DNA from: Cyanophyceae cyanobacterium
GTDB lineage: Bacteria > Cyanobacteriota > Cyanobacteriia > Cyanobacteriales > Laspinemataceae
Assembly: GCA_038321985.1 (NCBI GenBank)
Contig: JBBQFN010000050.1
Span: forward strand, 1-27,900
Direction of reading: 5' to 3'
Length of the DNA stretch: 27,900 nt
The notes below the pieces were generated by a model. That model saw only the letters and a list, made by a program, of their open reading frames with translations, had not been told where the DNA came from and did no database searches. The position numbers were made by a program, and so were the translations under genes. Of the stretch, positions 26,749 through 27,900 are shown in pieces. How positions within the stretch are numbered: the stretch's first letter is position 1; every line of letters starts with the position of its first letter.

Positions 26749-27900
26749 GGCACTGGTTCCGCCGAATGGGATAGCATAAAGTCTTAATGTGTATAGCTTA
26801 GGCGATAATAGGTGGAGAAAATATAGGTTTCCCATTGTCGTGATATGAATCTGTTTTCCCACCCGTGTCCCTGCTGCGCTAGTGAAGAGGTTCGAGTCCA
26901 TACGCGCTATGCGACTCAAACTAATGGCAGTCGGACTATCTATCATTGCCGCCGCTGTGATATCTACTATAGCGAGACGTTTGCGACCCCGATTGCTGGC
27001 CTGACAACGCCGTTAAGCCGAATCATAGCGGTGCTCATGGCGAGAAGTGAAGGGATGGGCCTGAATGCGACGGCCCGTACCTTCAAGGTCTCGAAGAAAA
27101 GTGTGATTGACTGGGAACATCGGCTAGGCGATCTCAAGCCGACGCTGATGCTCTATGCGCTGCTGCATGAGTTTATTCATCAGGAGATAGAAGGCGATGA
27201 ACTCTACACCAAAGTCGATAAGAATGTAGCGCCCTCGGTCTCTGAAGGCTGGACGATTGTGCTGATGGAGCGAGGCAGCCGCTTCTTATGGGAATTACAT
27301 TGTGGTCGCAAAGACAAACAGTTATTTGAGCAGGCACTGAACTGCTTAGCCGAGGTGATCAGCCAAACCGGTAGCATCAGCTTATTGACCGATGGTGAAC
27401 GTCGCTACGGTAACCTATTGTTTGAGATTTGTCATGACGTGCTCCGTACGGGGCGACCGGGGCGACCAGCCAAACGGTTGCCCAAAGGCGTCCGGGTAAA
27501 GTTAAAGAATAAAGGGTCGAAAAAACGACCAGGGCGTAGACGAAAAAAGTACCAGACGCCTGTTCCTGAACACCCTGAAACCCAACATCAAGTTGCCGAC
27601 TCAGAGATTCATGCTAACCATGTGGAAGCTTTCAATGCTTCCCTACGACGGCGCAATGCAGCCTTTCGGCGTAAAACAAACACCTATGCGAAGTCTCGGC
27701 AAGACTTACAGCGCACACTCGAAGTTTATTGGCTCGTCCATAACTTTGTGCGCGTTCATTTCACGACCAAAGTTGTTCCGGCTGTGAAACTAGGTATCTT
27801 AGAAGTTGGACTCTCTTGGATTCAACTATTAACCATGCGCTATGCCATCTAGCCGAGTGCTGAACAGTGATTCACGCTCCCATCTGACGGAACCAGTGCC
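26749..27900 (+). mobile_element. IS1-family insertion sequence, 1152 bp, with 23-bp terminal inverted repeats
   Basis: IRL GGCACTGGTTCCGCCGAATGGGA (26749-26771). The reverse complement of IRR (27878-27900) is GGCACTGGTTCCGTCAGATGGGA, 20/23 identical. Confidence 0.92.
26845..27852 (+). CDS. IS1-family transposase (single InsAB-type ORF)
   Basis: Zinc ribbon CPCC…CRRC, HTH (GMGLNATARTFKVSKKSVIDW), DDE residues in EGDELYT, TDG and NHVEAFNASLRRR. Confidence 0.92.
   Translation: MNLFSHPCPCCASEEVRVHTRYATQTNGSRTIYHCRRCDIYYSETFATPIAGLTTPLSRIIAVLMARSEGMGLNATARTFKVSKKSVIDWEHRLGDLKPTLMLYALLHEFIHQEIEGDELYTKVDKNVAPSVSEGWTIVLMERGSRFLWELHCGRKDKQLFEQALNCLAEVISQTGSISLLTDGERRYGNLLFEICHDVLRTGRPGRPAKRLPKGVRVKLKNKGSKKRPGRRRKKYQTPVPEHPETQHQVADSEIHANHVEAFNASLRRRNAAFRRKTNTYAKSRQDLQRTLEVYWLVHNFVRVHFTTKVVPAVKLGILEVGLSWIQLLTMRYAI

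Noticed and set aside
26200..26946. Short ORFs 26200-26397 and 26731-26946
   Set aside because: No motifs. One spans the IS end antisense to the transposase, and the other lies in the presumed operon leader.
1..27900. tRNA, rRNA, riboswitch or integrase att site
   Set aside because: No cloverleaf, rRNA-like sequence, recognisable aptamer or integrase seen by eye. An Rfam scan would be needed to exclude them.

Overview
Cyanobacterial chromosomal window, judged from dense HIP1 octamers (GCGATCGC) and an Oscillatoriales-like gene set. 1-17.5 kb is mostly core: typA (5'-truncated by the window edge), a PilT2-type ATPase, a TPR protein, an alpha/beta hydrolase, argB, aroK, two tandem Ser/Thr kinase-WD40 genes (the second looks like a pseudokinase), a DUF389 membrane protein, a general stress protein and a BON lipoprotein. 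From about 17.6 kb the window is accessory. It holds a small repeat-flanked insert, a truncated SLC13 transporter joined to an orphan IS200/IS605 right end (omegaRNA-like), and a very AT-rich, HIP1-free DUF262 + HEPN pair. That pair is a probable antiphage system, and its HEPN carries a C-terminal translation-factor-like beta-barrel. Convergent with it is a stress/dormancy cluster: coiled-coil protein, PRC-barrel protein, baeRF (Balon-like) protein, an HPF/RaiA-aeRF1-domain fusion and DUF2254. A complete IS1-family element ends exactly at the last base. All family calls come from motif recognition by eye; no searches were run.
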